DNA from: Solirubrobacterales bacterium
Lineage (GTDB): Bacteria > Actinomycetota > Thermoleophilia > Solirubrobacterales > 70-9
Direction of reading: 5' to 3'
DNA length: 45,391 bases
NCBI GenBank assembly: GCA_036561205.1
Contig: DATBPT010000059.1
Coordinates: 1-45,391, forward strand
Part shown: piece after piece, positions 34,753-43,424 of the stretch
Position numbering within the stretch: the first letter of the stretch is position 1
How the letters are laid out: every line of letters begins with the position of its first letter
Made by a program: the position numbers and the translations under genes
The notes under the pieces: generated by a model
What the model was told of the DNA's origin: nothing
Database searches by the model: none
What the model saw: the letters and a program-made list of their open reading frames with translations, nothing else

Positions 34753-35462
34753 GCGTATCCCATTCGTTCCAAAATAGGGATCTCGTGGATCTGCGGCGGC
34801 TGCAGGTGGTCCCAGAGGATGCCCCGGGGGCGGGCGTAGGCGCGCTCGACCTCGATCACCGCGCGCGGGGTCGCGATCACGTCGACGGGAAGGTCGTGGG
34901 CGATCACCGGCAGGTTCTCGCGCAGGATCTGGATCGGGTGGCAGGTGGTGGCGACGGCGGTGTGGTCGTCGATCTTGCCCGCCTCGATCAGGAGGCCGTA
35001 CTCGATGTCGGAGAAGCCGCCGCCCTTGCCGATCCGCGCCCCCTTGAGGTTGACCGCGACCGAGCCGCAGAGGACGAGATCGATCTCGGGCAGTTCGTCG
35101 TCGGCGACCACGCGACCGTGGCGCAGGGCGCCCTTGATCGTCGCCGCCTCGCGGATCTGCTCGGCGTTGAGCTGCTGCGGGTCGAGCAGCCGGAACGGGT
35201 GCGGGTCGCGCAGCCGCGGCACCGCCATCACGATCGTCTTGCCGTCCTCGAGCGCCCGCCGGCGGGCGTGGGTCTGCGGCGAGTCGGGATTGGCCTTGAT
35301 CGCCCGGGCGCGCTTCCAGGTGCGGTGGGCGGCGAGCTTCTCGGCCGCGGACTTGGCGCCGGCGAAGTTCGGGATCCGGCCCTCGGCACCGGGGAAGCGC
35401 GAGACGCCCTCGCGGTCCATCGCCCGCCACACCGCCCGCCTAACCTGGTCCTTGGAGCGCAT
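34749..35462 (-). CDS. 5-formyltetrahydrofolate cyclo-ligase family protein
   Basis: 237 aa. ...GRIPNFAGAKSAAEKL...IKANPDSPQ...VNLKGARIGKGGGFSDIEYGLL matches my recollection of the 5-FTHF cyclo-ligase-like fold. ATGA overlap with the hydrolase gene. Confidence 0.75.
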   Translation of the reverse strand: MRSKDQVRRAVWRAMDREGVSRFPGAEGRIPNFAGAKSAAEKLAAHRTWKRARAIKANPDSPQTHARRRALEDGKTIVMAVPRLRDPHPFRLLDPQQLNAEQIREAATIKGALRHGRVVADDELPEIDLVLCGSVAVNLKGARIGKGGGFSDIEYGLLIEAGKIDDHTAVATTCHPIQILRENLPVIAHDLPVDVIATPRAVIEVERAYARPRGILWDHLQPPQIHEIPILERMGYA

Positions 35463-35477
35463 CCGCCCGCGGATACT

Positions 35478-36410
35478 ATGGACCGCCTGACCCCAGAGCG
35501 AACATCCCTGTCACAGGCTCCTGAGGCCTCGGAGGACGGCGAGCGCGCCGCCGAAGCGCCGCTGCCGGTGCGCCGGCCGGGCGAGCAGATGCGCGACCTG
35601 CTGCCCGCGATCGAGCCGGAGCGGCGGCTCAACGACTGGGGCCGCTCGGAGCGGGTCGAGGGGTTCATGGACCAGACCCTGTACGAGTTCTTCTACCGCT
35701 ACTGGTTCAGGGCCGAGGTGGAGGGGATCGAGAACGTGCCCGCGGACGGCGGCGCCCTGCTGGTCTCCAACCACTCCGGCGCCCTGCCGCCGGACGCGGC
35801 GATGATCGCCAAGGCGATCCGCGAGGAGCACCCGAATCCGCGGCCGCTGTACCTCACGGTTGAGCATTTCTTCAAGGGGTATCCCGGGTTCTCGATGCTG
35901 ATCCCGAAGATCGGCGGCGTCGCCGCGCATCCCGCCAACGTCCACCGGCTGCTCTTCGACGAGCGCCAGCTGGTGCTCGTCTTCCCCGAGGGGCGCAAGG
36001 GGACCGAGAAGCTCTACAAGGACCGCTACCGGCTGCGGCGATTCGGCCGCGGCGGCTTCGTCGAGGCGGCGATGCGGGCCGAGGCGAAGCTGGTGCCCCT
36101 GTGTGTCGTCGGAGCTGAGGAGGCGGCGCCGATCTTCGCCCAGGTCTCCGCCCTACAGAAGCTCACCGGGCTGATCTACTTCCCGCTGACGCCGACCTTC
36201 CCTTGGCTGGGTCCGCTGGGGATGCTCGGCTACCTGCCGGCGAAGTTCAAGATCCGCTTCCTCGAGCCGATCGACACGGTCGAGCTCGGCGGCGCCGACG
36301 CCGTCCACGACAAGGCCCTGGTGCAGACCGTCTCGCAGGAGATCCGCGCCCGGATCCAGGAGAACCTGGATCAGATGATCGCGACGCGGAAGAGCGTCTG
36401 GTTCGGCTGA
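35478..36410 (+). CDS. Lysophospholipid (1-acyl-sn-glycerol-3-phosphate) acyltransferase family protein
   Basis: 310 aa from the ATG at 35478. It has the acyltransferase blocks LLVSNHSGALPPD and LVLVFPEGRKGT. Confidence 0.85.
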   Translation: MDRLTPERTSLSQAPEASEDGERAAEAPLPVRRPGEQMRDLLPAIEPERRLNDWGRSERVEGFMDQTLYEFFYRYWFRAEVEGIENVPADGGALLVSNHSGALPPDAAMIAKAIREEHPNPRPLYLTVEHFFKGYPGFSMLIPKIGGVAAHPANVHRLLFDERQLVLVFPEGRKGTEKLYKDRYRLRRFGRGGFVEAAMRAEAKLVPLCVVGAEEAAPIFAQVSALQKLTGLIYFPLTPTFPWLGPLGMLGYLPAKFKIRFLEPIDTVELGGADAVHDKALVQTVSQEIRARIQENLDQMIATRKSVWFG

Positions 36411-37492
36411 TGAGGGTCCTGATCACCGGTCTGGCGACGTACTGGGGCGGCAGGCTCGCGCAGGCACTGGAGGGCTTCGAGCAGGTCGAGACGATCATCG
36501 GCGTCGATTCACGCGATCCGCGCGTGGAGCTCGAGCGGACGGAGTTCGTCCGCGTCTCCAACCGGCACTCGCTGATCCAGAGGATCGTCACGGCCGCCGA
36601 GATCGACACCGTGATCGACACGCGGATGGTCGTCAACTCGCTCGGCGCCTCACCGCGCCAGGCGCACGAGAACAACGTGATCGGGACGATGAACATCCTC
36701 GCGGCCTGCACCGGCTCCGACTCGCCGGTGCGAAAGTTCGTCTTCAAGAGCTCGACCCAGTACTACGGCGCCGAGCAGGACGACCCGTCCTTCTTCACCG
36801 AGCGCATGGTTCGCCCGCACCCGCCGGGGACGCCGCTGGAGCGCGACATCCTCGAGGCCGAGCGGGCGGTGACCGAGTTCGCCGAGCGCCGCCCCGACAC
36901 CACCGTGACCGTGCTGCGCTGCGCCAACGTCCTCGGCCCCGATGTCGACACGGCGTTCACGCGCATGCTCGGCCTGCCGGTCGTGCCGATGGTCTTCGGC
37001 TTCGACCCGCGGCTGCAGTTCGTGCACGAGGACGACGTCGTGCATGCGCTCGAGCACGCGGCAATCAACGACCTGCCCGGGACCTTCAACGTCGCCGCCG
37101 ACGGCGTGCTCGCGCTCTCGGAGGCGATCTCGCTGGTCGGCCGCCGGCCGCTGCCGGTGCTGCCGCCGGTCGGCACCGGGATCGCATTCGGGCCCCTGCG
37201 ACGGCTCGGGCTCCGCGTCCCGACCGAGCTCACCAATCTGTTGCGCTTCGGCCGTGGGGTCGACAACCGGCTGTTCAAGGCGACCGGCTTCGACTACGGC
37301 TACACCTCGCGCGAGAGCGTGATCCGCCTCGGCGAGCACATGCGCCTGGAGCCGATCCTGCGCGGCCGCGGCGGCGAGGAGGGCTATCGCTACGAGCGCG
37401 AGGTCGAGGAGTTCCTGCGCTGGAGCCCGCACGTGCGCCGCGAGCGCGCCAGCGACGGGGTCGCCGCCGATCGCGAGCCGCTCGGAATCTGA
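36410..37492 (+). CDS. NAD-dependent epimerase/dehydratase family protein
   Basis: 360 aa. The ATG at 36410 overlaps the previous TGA. The Rossmann N-terminus is MRVLITGLATYWGGRLA, with SSTQYYG later. The acyltransferase-epimerase pairing is common in Actinomycetota. Confidence 0.85.
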   Translation: MRVLITGLATYWGGRLAQALEGFEQVETIIGVDSRDPRVELERTEFVRVSNRHSLIQRIVTAAEIDTVIDTRMVVNSLGASPRQAHENNVIGTMNILAACTGSDSPVRKFVFKSSTQYYGAEQDDPSFFTERMVRPHPPGTPLERDILEAERAVTEFAERRPDTTVTVLRCANVLGPDVDTAFTRMLGLPVVPMVFGFDPRLQFVHEDDVVHALEHAAINDLPGTFNVAADGVLALSEAISLVGRRPLPVLPPVGTGIAFGPLRRLGLRVPTELTNLLRFGRGVDNRLFKATGFDYGYTSRESVIRLGEHMRLEPILRGRGGEEGYRYEREVEEFLRWSPHVRRERASDGVAADREPLGI

Positions 37493-37557
37493 ACCTGTGG
37501 TTGCACCGTAGGAATTGACCAGGAGTCGGGGAAGGCTCTTCGTACACTCTTACGCCC

Positions 37558-38595
37558 TTGATTCGCAAGCTCCAAATCGCTGTCGTCTTCCTGGTCACGG
37601 TCATGCTCGTGGTCGCCGTCGGTGCCTACGCCTGGGACTCCTCGAAGTCCGACGAGATCGCCGAGGGGGTGACGATCGGCGGCGTCGACGTCGGTGGGAT
37701 GACCGCCGACGAGGCGACGCAGGCGGTCGAGGCCGAGCTCGTCGAGCCGCTGGACAAGAAGCTCACCGTCACCTACGACGGGGTCAGGTACCAGCTCAGC
37801 GCGGAGAAGCTCGCGGTCGACTCCGACGTCGACGGGATGGTCGACAAGGCGCTCGAGGAGAGCCGCGACGGCGGCCTGCCGACGCGCGTCTGGCGTTATG
37901 CCACCGGCGGCGAGGTCGACGTCGCGATCTCGCCCCAGCTCAGCTACTCGAACAAGGCGATCGACGAGTTCATCGCCAAGGTCTCCGACGAGGTCAACAC
38001 CCCTGCGGTCGACGCGACGATCGAGCCGACGACCGTCTCGCTCGAGGGAGTCGCCGGCCATGACGGCGTCGCCGTCGATGAGGCCGCGCTGCGGACGAGG
38101 ATCGAGTCGGTCGTGCAGCGGACCAGCGACCGCACCGTCTCCGTCCCGGTGAAGACGGTCGAGCCCGAGGTGACCAAGGCCGATCTGGCGGCCCGCTACC
38201 CGACCTACCTGACCGTGGACGAATCGAGCTTCACCCTGACGCTGTTCAAGGACCTCAAGGTCGCCGAGACCTACACGGTCGCGGTCGGTCAGCCCGCCTA
38301 CCCGACCCCGACCGGCCTCTACTCGATCCAGTCGAAGCAGGTCGACCCGGTATGGAGCGTGCCTAACTCCGACTGGGCCGGGGAGCTCGCCGGCACGGTC
38401 GTGCAGGGCGGCACCGCCGAGAACCCGCTGAAGGCGCGCTGGATGGGGATCACCGACGGCGCCGGCATCCACGGCACCGACGATGTCGGCTCGCTCGGCA
38501 GCGCCGCCTCGCACGGCTGCGTGCGGATGTCGGTCCCCGACGTCGAGGCGCTCTACGACCAGGTCCCGGTCGGGACGCCGATCTACATCGGCTGA
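37558..38595 (+). CDS. L,D-transpeptidase (YkuD domain) with N-terminal TM anchor and PG-binding-like repeats
   Basis: 345 aa. The catalytic region is GIHGTDDVGSLGSAASHGCVRMS (H...SHGC motif). The anchor is LQIAVVFLVTVMLVVAVGAYA. TTG start, uncertain. Confidence 0.88.
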   Translation: MIRKLQIAVVFLVTVMLVVAVGAYAWDSSKSDEIAEGVTIGGVDVGGMTADEATQAVEAELVEPLDKKLTVTYDGVRYQLSAEKLAVDSDVDGMVDKALEESRDGGLPTRVWRYATGGEVDVAISPQLSYSNKAIDEFIAKVSDEVNTPAVDATIEPTTVSLEGVAGHDGVAVDEAALRTRIESVVQRTSDRTVSVPVKTVEPEVTKADLAARYPTYLTVDESSFTLTLFKDLKVAETYTVAVGQPAYPTPTGLYSIQSKQVDPVWSVPNSDWAGELAGTVVQGGTAENPLKARWMGITDGAGIHGTDDVGSLGSAASHGCVRMSVPDVEALYDQVPVGTPIYIG

Positions 38596-38665
38596 GGGCC
38601 CAACGTCGCACGGGCGCTTGCCTGCGTGAGCAGGCGTCGATGCCGAGGCCGCGAAGCTACCCGGC

Positions 38666-39607
38666 ATGAGCGAGAGGACCGCGTTGCCGGCGCCGCCGGC
38701 CGAGGAACTGAAGCTGAGCCCGGCCTGGCGCCAGGCCCTGGACGGCTACGCGCGTGAGCTCACGACCCGCGGTGCCTCGGCGGCCACCATGCGCGCCTAC
38801 GGTCGTGACCTGCTCGAGCTCGCCGCCTGGGCGACCGAGCGCGGTCGCGAGCCGGGTGAGCTCGTCTATCGCGACCTGCGCGCCTACGCGGCGTCGCTTT
38901 CGGAGCGCCGCCTGGCGAAGGCGAGCGTGGCTCGCAAGCTCGCCTCGCTGCGGAGCCTGCACGCGTACTTCGTCGCCACCGGCTTCACCTCCAGCAACCC
39001 TGCCGACCTGTTGCCGGCACAAAAGCGCGGCTCGCGCCTGCCGCGCGTGCTCGCCCGCGACGAGGTCGGCTCGCTGCTCGATCGAATCCCGGCTCGGACC
39101 CCGCTCGAGGTCCGCGATCGCGCCCTGTTCGAGCTCGCCTACTCGTGCGGCCTGCGCGCCGAGGAGATCGTCTCGCTCGACCTCGGCGACCCCGACTTCG
39201 ACTCGGAGACGATCCGCGCCACCGGCAAGGGGGCGAAGACCCGTGTGGTGCCGATCGGGGAGCCCGCGCAGCGGGCGCTGCGGCGCTACCTCGAGGCCGC
39301 GCGCCACGCACTCGGGCCCGCCGCCGATGAGCCGGCGCTGTTCGTCAGCAGGCGGGGACGCCGGCTGTCCTCATCCGACGTCCGCCGGCGGCTCGAGAAG
39401 TGGGTGCGCGAGGCGGCGGTCGCGGGCAGGGTCTCTCCGCACACGCTGCGGCACTCGTTTGCAACCCACCTGCTCGAGGGCGGGGCCGACCTACGCTCGA
39501 TCCAGGAGCTTCTGGGACACTCCAGCGTCTCGACGACGCAGATCTACACCCGGGTCGAGCCATCGCGCCTGAGGCAGGAGTACGCAAAGTCTCACCCGCG
39601 CGCATGA
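38666..39607 (+). CDS. xerC: Tyrosine recombinase XerC/XerD
   Basis: 313 aa with an N-terminal SAM-like core-binding domain. Catalytic residues are in ...ELAYSCGLRAEEIVSL..., TGKGAKTRVVP, HTLRHSFATHLLEGGADLRSIQELLGHSSVSTTQIYT (RHR-Y). Confidence 0.9.
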   Translation: MSERTALPAPPAEELKLSPAWRQALDGYARELTTRGASAATMRAYGRDLLELAAWATERGREPGELVYRDLRAYAASLSERRLAKASVARKLASLRSLHAYFVATGFTSSNPADLLPAQKRGSRLPRVLARDEVGSLLDRIPARTPLEVRDRALFELAYSCGLRAEEIVSLDLGDPDFDSETIRATGKGAKTRVVPIGEPAQRALRRYLEAARHALGPAADEPALFVSRRGRRLSSSDVRRRLEKWVREAAVAGRVSPHTLRHSFATHLLEGGADLRSIQELLGHSSVSTTQIYTRVEPSRLRQEYAKSHPRA

Positions 39608-39662
39608 GGGTGCATGAGTAGCCTTCGCAACCGCGAGAGGATCTAGGTACCGGGAACCAGGT

Positions 39663-40436
39663 ATGGAGACGAACGTCAAGGCAGTCGAGCTTCGCGAACT
39701 CTGGCGGCGCTACAAGGTCGACGGCGACGAGAAGGCGCGCGAGCGCCTCGTGGTCGCCTACTCGCCGCTGGTCAAGTTCATCGCCGGGCGCATGGCCTCC
39801 GGGTTGCCGTCGCATGTCGAGGAGTCCGACCTGATCTCCTACGGCCTGCTCGGGCTGATCGGCGCGATCGAGCGCTTCGACACCGAGCGCGAGATCAAGT
39901 TCGAGACCTTCGCGGTCGCCCGGATCAAGGGCGCGATCATCGACGAGCTGCGCTCGCTCGACTGGGTGCCGCGCTCGGTCCGCGCCCGCGCCCGCGAGGT
40001 CGAGAAGGCCCACCAGTCACTCGAGGGCAAGCTTCAGCGCGCTCCGACCGACGAGGAGATGGCCGAGAAGCTCGAGATGTCGGTCGACGAGTTCCAGGGC
40101 GTGCTGCTCGAGATCGCAAACTCGTCGGTGCTGGCGCTCGACGACCTTTGGACCTTCGCCGACCCCGAGGGCGGCAGCCAGATCTCGGTCCTCGACACGA
40201 TCCAGGATCCGGGCGCGGTCGACCCCGAGTCCGAGGCACAGCAGTCGGAGGTCAAGGACCGGCTCGCCGACGCGATCGAAGGGCTGCCCGAGCGCGAGCG
40301 GCTGGTGATCGCCCTCTACTACTACGAGAACCTCACCCTGCGCGAGATCGGCGAGGTGCTCGGGGTGACCGAGTCCCGCGTCTCGCAGCTGCACACCAAG
40401 GCCGTGCTCGGCCTCCGCTCCAGGTTCACCCTCTAA
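39663..40436 (+). CDS. RNA polymerase sigma factor, FliA/WhiG (sigma-28) family
   Basis: 257 aa. Region 2 is DLISYGLLGLIGAIERFDTEREIKFETFAVARIKGAIIDELR. Region 4 is LPERERLVIALYYYENLTLREIGEVLGVTESRVSQLHTKAV. Confidence 0.9.
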   Translation: METNVKAVELRELWRRYKVDGDEKARERLVVAYSPLVKFIAGRMASGLPSHVEESDLISYGLLGLIGAIERFDTEREIKFETFAVARIKGAIIDELRSLDWVPRSVRARAREVEKAHQSLEGKLQRAPTDEEMAEKLEMSVDEFQGVLLEIANSSVLALDDLWTFADPEGGSQISVLDTIQDPGAVDPESEAQQSEVKDRLADAIEGLPERERLVIALYYYENLTLREIGEVLGVTESRVSQLHTKAVLGLRSRFTL

Positions 40437-40460
40437 CCGAGGTTCAATAGGGTTTGGGGC

Positions 40461-42554
40461 ATGCCGCCCAAGGCCCCCGACCGGATCCGCAACGTCGCGC
40501 TTGTCGGTCACCGGGGCACCGGCAAGACGAGCCTCGCGGAGGCGATCCTGTTCGAGTCCGGCGTCATCAACCGCCTCGGCAAGGTCGACGACGGCTCGAC
40601 CCTATGCGACTTCGAGCCCGACGAGCAGGCGCGCGAGATGTCGATCGGCGCCGCCGTCACCTCGTTCGAGCACGACGGGCGCAAGGTCAACATGATCGAC
40701 ACGCCGGGTGAGCCGAGCTTCGTCGCCGACACGCTCGGGGCGCTCCGGGTCGTGGACGCGGCGGTGTTCGTGATCGACGGGGTGATGGGGGTCGAGGTGC
40801 ACACCGAGCGCCTCTGGCGCCGCGCCGATGCCGAGGGCCTCGCCCGGCTCGTGTTCGTCAACATGCTCGACCGCGAGCGCGCCGATTTCTTTCGCTGTCT
40901 CGAGGCGCTGAAGGCGGCCTTCGGCCAGCACGTGGTCGCGACCGAGATCCCGATCGGCTCCGAGCACGAGATCCGTGGCGTCATCGACCTGATCGACATG
41001 ACCGCGTTCGAGTACGAAGGCGAGGGGCGCGATAATGCGAAACAGGTCGAGATCCCGGATGAGCTTCAGGCCCAGGCCGAGGAGTACCGCGAGAAGCTCA
41101 TGGACGAGGTTGCCGAGAACTCCGACGAGCTGATGGAGCGCTACCTCGAGGGCGAGGAGATCTCGCATGAGGAGATCGTCGTGGCGCTGAAGAAGGGGGT
41201 CAGCGAGGGGCACCTGTTCCCGGTCACCTGCGGGGTCGCGACCAAGAACCTGGGCACCAACCGGCTGCTCGAGGCGCTGGTCGAGGACCTGCCGTCGCCG
41301 GCGATGCGGGGGGCGATCCGCGCCCTCGGTGCCGACGACGAGCCGGTCGAGATCGAGCCCGACGCATCGGCGGACCTGCTCGCCTACGTGTTCAAGACCA
41401 CCGCCGACCCCTATACGGGCCGGATCAACATGCTGCGGGTCTACTCCGGGGTCCTGAGCTCGGACTCGCAGGCGCTCAACGTGACCCGCAGGGAGAAGGA
41501 GCGGATCGGCCAGCTCTCGGCGCCGGAGGGCAAGGAGATGACGCCGATCTCAGAGCTCGGGCCGGGAGACATCGGCGCGGTGGCGAAGCTGCGCGAGACC
41601 CGCGCCGGCGACGTGCTGGCGGCGAAGCAGACGCCGGTGCACTTCCCACCGCTCGACCTTCCGGCCCCGGTGATGGCGTTCGCCTACGAGCCGAAGAGCA
41701 AGGGCGACGAGGAGAAGGCCGCGAGCGCGATTCGCCGCCTCTCGGAGGAGGATCCGACCCTCGATGTCCATCGCGACTCGGAGACCGGCGAGCAGATCAT
41801 CGCCGGCCTGACGCAGATCCACGTCGAGGTGATCGTCGACCGGATCAAGGATCGCTTCGGGGCCGAGATCGAGCTCCACCCGCCGCAGGTCCCGTACCTG
41901 GAGACGATTCGCACCTCGGCCAAGGCTCACGGCCGTTACAAGAAGCAGACCGGCGGCCGCGGGCAGTTCGGCGATTGCCATATCGAGATCGAGCCGAACG
42001 AGCACGGCGAGGGCTTCGAGTTCAACAACGCGATCAAGGGCGGGGTGATCCCAGGCGGCTTCATTCCCGCGGTCGAGAAGGGGATCGTCGAGGCGATGGC
42101 CGGCGGCGTGCTCGCCGGCTATCCGATCAAGGACGTCAAGGTGCGTCTGTTCGACGGCCAGCATCACAACGTCGACTCCTCGGAGATGGCGTTCAAGATC
42201 GCCGGCTCGATGGCCTTCAAGCAGGCCGTGGCCGAGGCCGATCCGTACCTGCTCGAGCCGATCATGCAGCTGACGATCGCGGTGCCCGAGGATGCGGTCG
42301 GCGACGTGATCGGCGACCTCAACTCGCGCCGTGGGCATCCCCTGGGCATGGAGCCGCGCGGGTCGGCGACGGAGATCAAGGCTGAGGTACCGATGGCGGA
42401 GGTGCTCGACTACGCGCCCGATCTGCGCGCGATCACCGGTGGCCGCGGCGACTACACGATGGACTTCCTGCGCTACGAGGAGGTCCCGGGCCACATCGCC
42501 CAGAAGGTGATCGCGGAGGCGAACGCGGGCGACGAGCAGGGCGTCCGGGCGTAA
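40461..42554 (+). CDS. Elongation factor G paralogue (EF-G2-like), divergent G motifs
   Basis: 697 aa with five-domain EF-G architecture (G domain, then YVFKTTADPYTGRINMLRVYSG, later GGRGQFGDCHIEIEP and ...LLEPIMQLTIAVPED). G1 is GHRGTGKT, G3 is DTPGEPSF, G4 is NMLD. It is not in a str-operon context. Confidence 0.9.
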   Translation: MPPKAPDRIRNVALVGHRGTGKTSLAEAILFESGVINRLGKVDDGSTLCDFEPDEQAREMSIGAAVTSFEHDGRKVNMIDTPGEPSFVADTLGALRVVDAAVFVIDGVMGVEVHTERLWRRADAEGLARLVFVNMLDRERADFFRCLEALKAAFGQHVVATEIPIGSEHEIRGVIDLIDMTAFEYEGEGRDNAKQVEIPDELQAQAEEYREKLMDEVAENSDELMERYLEGEEISHEEIVVALKKGVSEGHLFPVTCGVATKNLGTNRLLEALVEDLPSPAMRGAIRALGADDEPVEIEPDASADLLAYVFKTTADPYTGRINMLRVYSGVLSSDSQALNVTRREKERIGQLSAPEGKEMTPISELGPGDIGAVAKLRETRAGDVLAAKQTPVHFPPLDLPAPVMAFAYEPKSKGDEEKAASAIRRLSEEDPTLDVHRDSETGEQIIAGLTQIHVEVIVDRIKDRFGAEIELHPPQVPYLETIRTSAKAHGRYKKQTGGRGQFGDCHIEIEPNEHGEGFEFNNAIKGGVIPGGFIPAVEKGIVEAMAGGVLAGYPIKDVKVRLFDGQHHNVDSSEMAFKIAGSMAFKQAVAEADPYLLEPIMQLTIAVPEDAVGDVIGDLNSRRGHPLGMEPRGSATEIKAEVPMAEVLDYAPDLRAITGGRGDYTMDFLRYEEVPGHIAQKVIAEANAGDEQGVRA

Positions 42555-42564
42555 CCTGGGAGTC

Positions 42565-43008
42565 GTGGAATTCGAGAGTTGCGCGGTCTGCGGGCGCACG
42601 ATCCTGCGCGGGGAGCAATCGTTCGACTACGTCGACGACGACGGCCAGGGGGCCGTTGTCTGCTCGCTGTGCAGGCAGCGGGCCGAGGCGACCGGCTGGC
42701 TGCCGGCCGCGCTGGCGACGGCGAAGCGAGAGCCGGCGCCGCTGGCGGTCTTCAACGCCAGCTCGGAGGTGCGCAAGGTCGCCGGGCTGCGCCGCTCGCT
42801 CGGTGAGCCGCGCGTCTGCGTGCGCCCCGAGGCGCGCGACGGGGGCGAGGTCGTGGTCGTCGCCTGGGATCTCTCCTGGTATCGCTGGAGCATCCGCGGC
42901 GACGCGGTCAAGCAGCTGGCCAAGGGCAATGAGATCTCCGAGCTGCCGGTCGAGGATCGTGCCTGGAACGCGACCGCGGCCGAGGACGGGACCCTGACGC
43001 GTGCCTGA
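42565..43008 (+). CDS. Hypothetical protein with N-terminal CxxC...CxxC zinc-ribbon-like motif
   Basis: 147 aa with a GTG start. The N-terminus reads MEFESCAVCGRTILRGEQSFDYVDDDGQGAVVCSLCRQRAE. It overlaps rnhA by 8 nt. Confidence 0.55.
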   Translation: MEFESCAVCGRTILRGEQSFDYVDDDGQGAVVCSLCRQRAEATGWLPAALATAKREPAPLAVFNASSEVRKVAGLRRSLGEPRVCVRPEARDGGEVVVVAWDLSWYRWSIRGDAVKQLAKGNEISELPVEDRAWNATAAEDGTLTRA

Positions 43009-43411
43009 GCAGCTCGTCGTCAACGTCGACGGCGGCGCCCGCGGCAATCCCGGGCCGGCCGCGATCGCCGCCGTGCTGGCGACCCCGGACGGCGAGGTGA
43101 TCGAGCGCCGGGGAGAGGCGATCGGCCGGGCGACCAACAACGTCGCCGAGTACAGGGCGATGCTGCTCGGGATCGAGCGGGCTCAGGCGCTGGGCGCGAG
43201 CGAGGTCGAGCTGATCGGGGATTCGGAGCTGGTCGTGAGGCAGGTCAAGGGCGAGTACCGGGTCAAGGACGAGGGTCTTCGGCCGCTGCACGCCGAGGTC
43301 CGCGCGGCGCTCGATTCATTCGACCGCTGGTCGATCCGCCACGTGCGCCGCGAGCACAACGCCGAGGCCGACCGCCTCGTCAACGAAACGCTCGACGAGG
43401 CGGCCGGCTGA
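43001..43411 (+). CDS. rnhA: Ribonuclease HI family protein
   Basis: 136 aa. DEDD residues are in VNVDGGARGNPGPAA, NNVAEYRAML, IGDSELVV and EHNAEADRLVN. Confidence 0.9.
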   Translation: MPEQLVVNVDGGARGNPGPAAIAAVLATPDGEVIERRGEAIGRATNNVAEYRAMLLGIERAQALGASEVELIGDSELVVRQVKGEYRVKDEGLRPLHAEVRAALDSFDRWSIRHVRREHNAEADRLVNETLDEAAG

Positions 43412-43424
43412 GGCGTGCTTGCGG

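Noticed and set aside
38596-39662. A dif recombination site near xerC
   Set aside because: A dif site would be an AT-rich imperfect palindrome of about 28 bp and would stand out in this GC-rich DNA. I saw none in the spacers flanking xerC. I noted only a GCCTGC-GTGA-GCAGGC hairpin at 38620-38635, which looks like a weak terminator of the transpeptidase gene.
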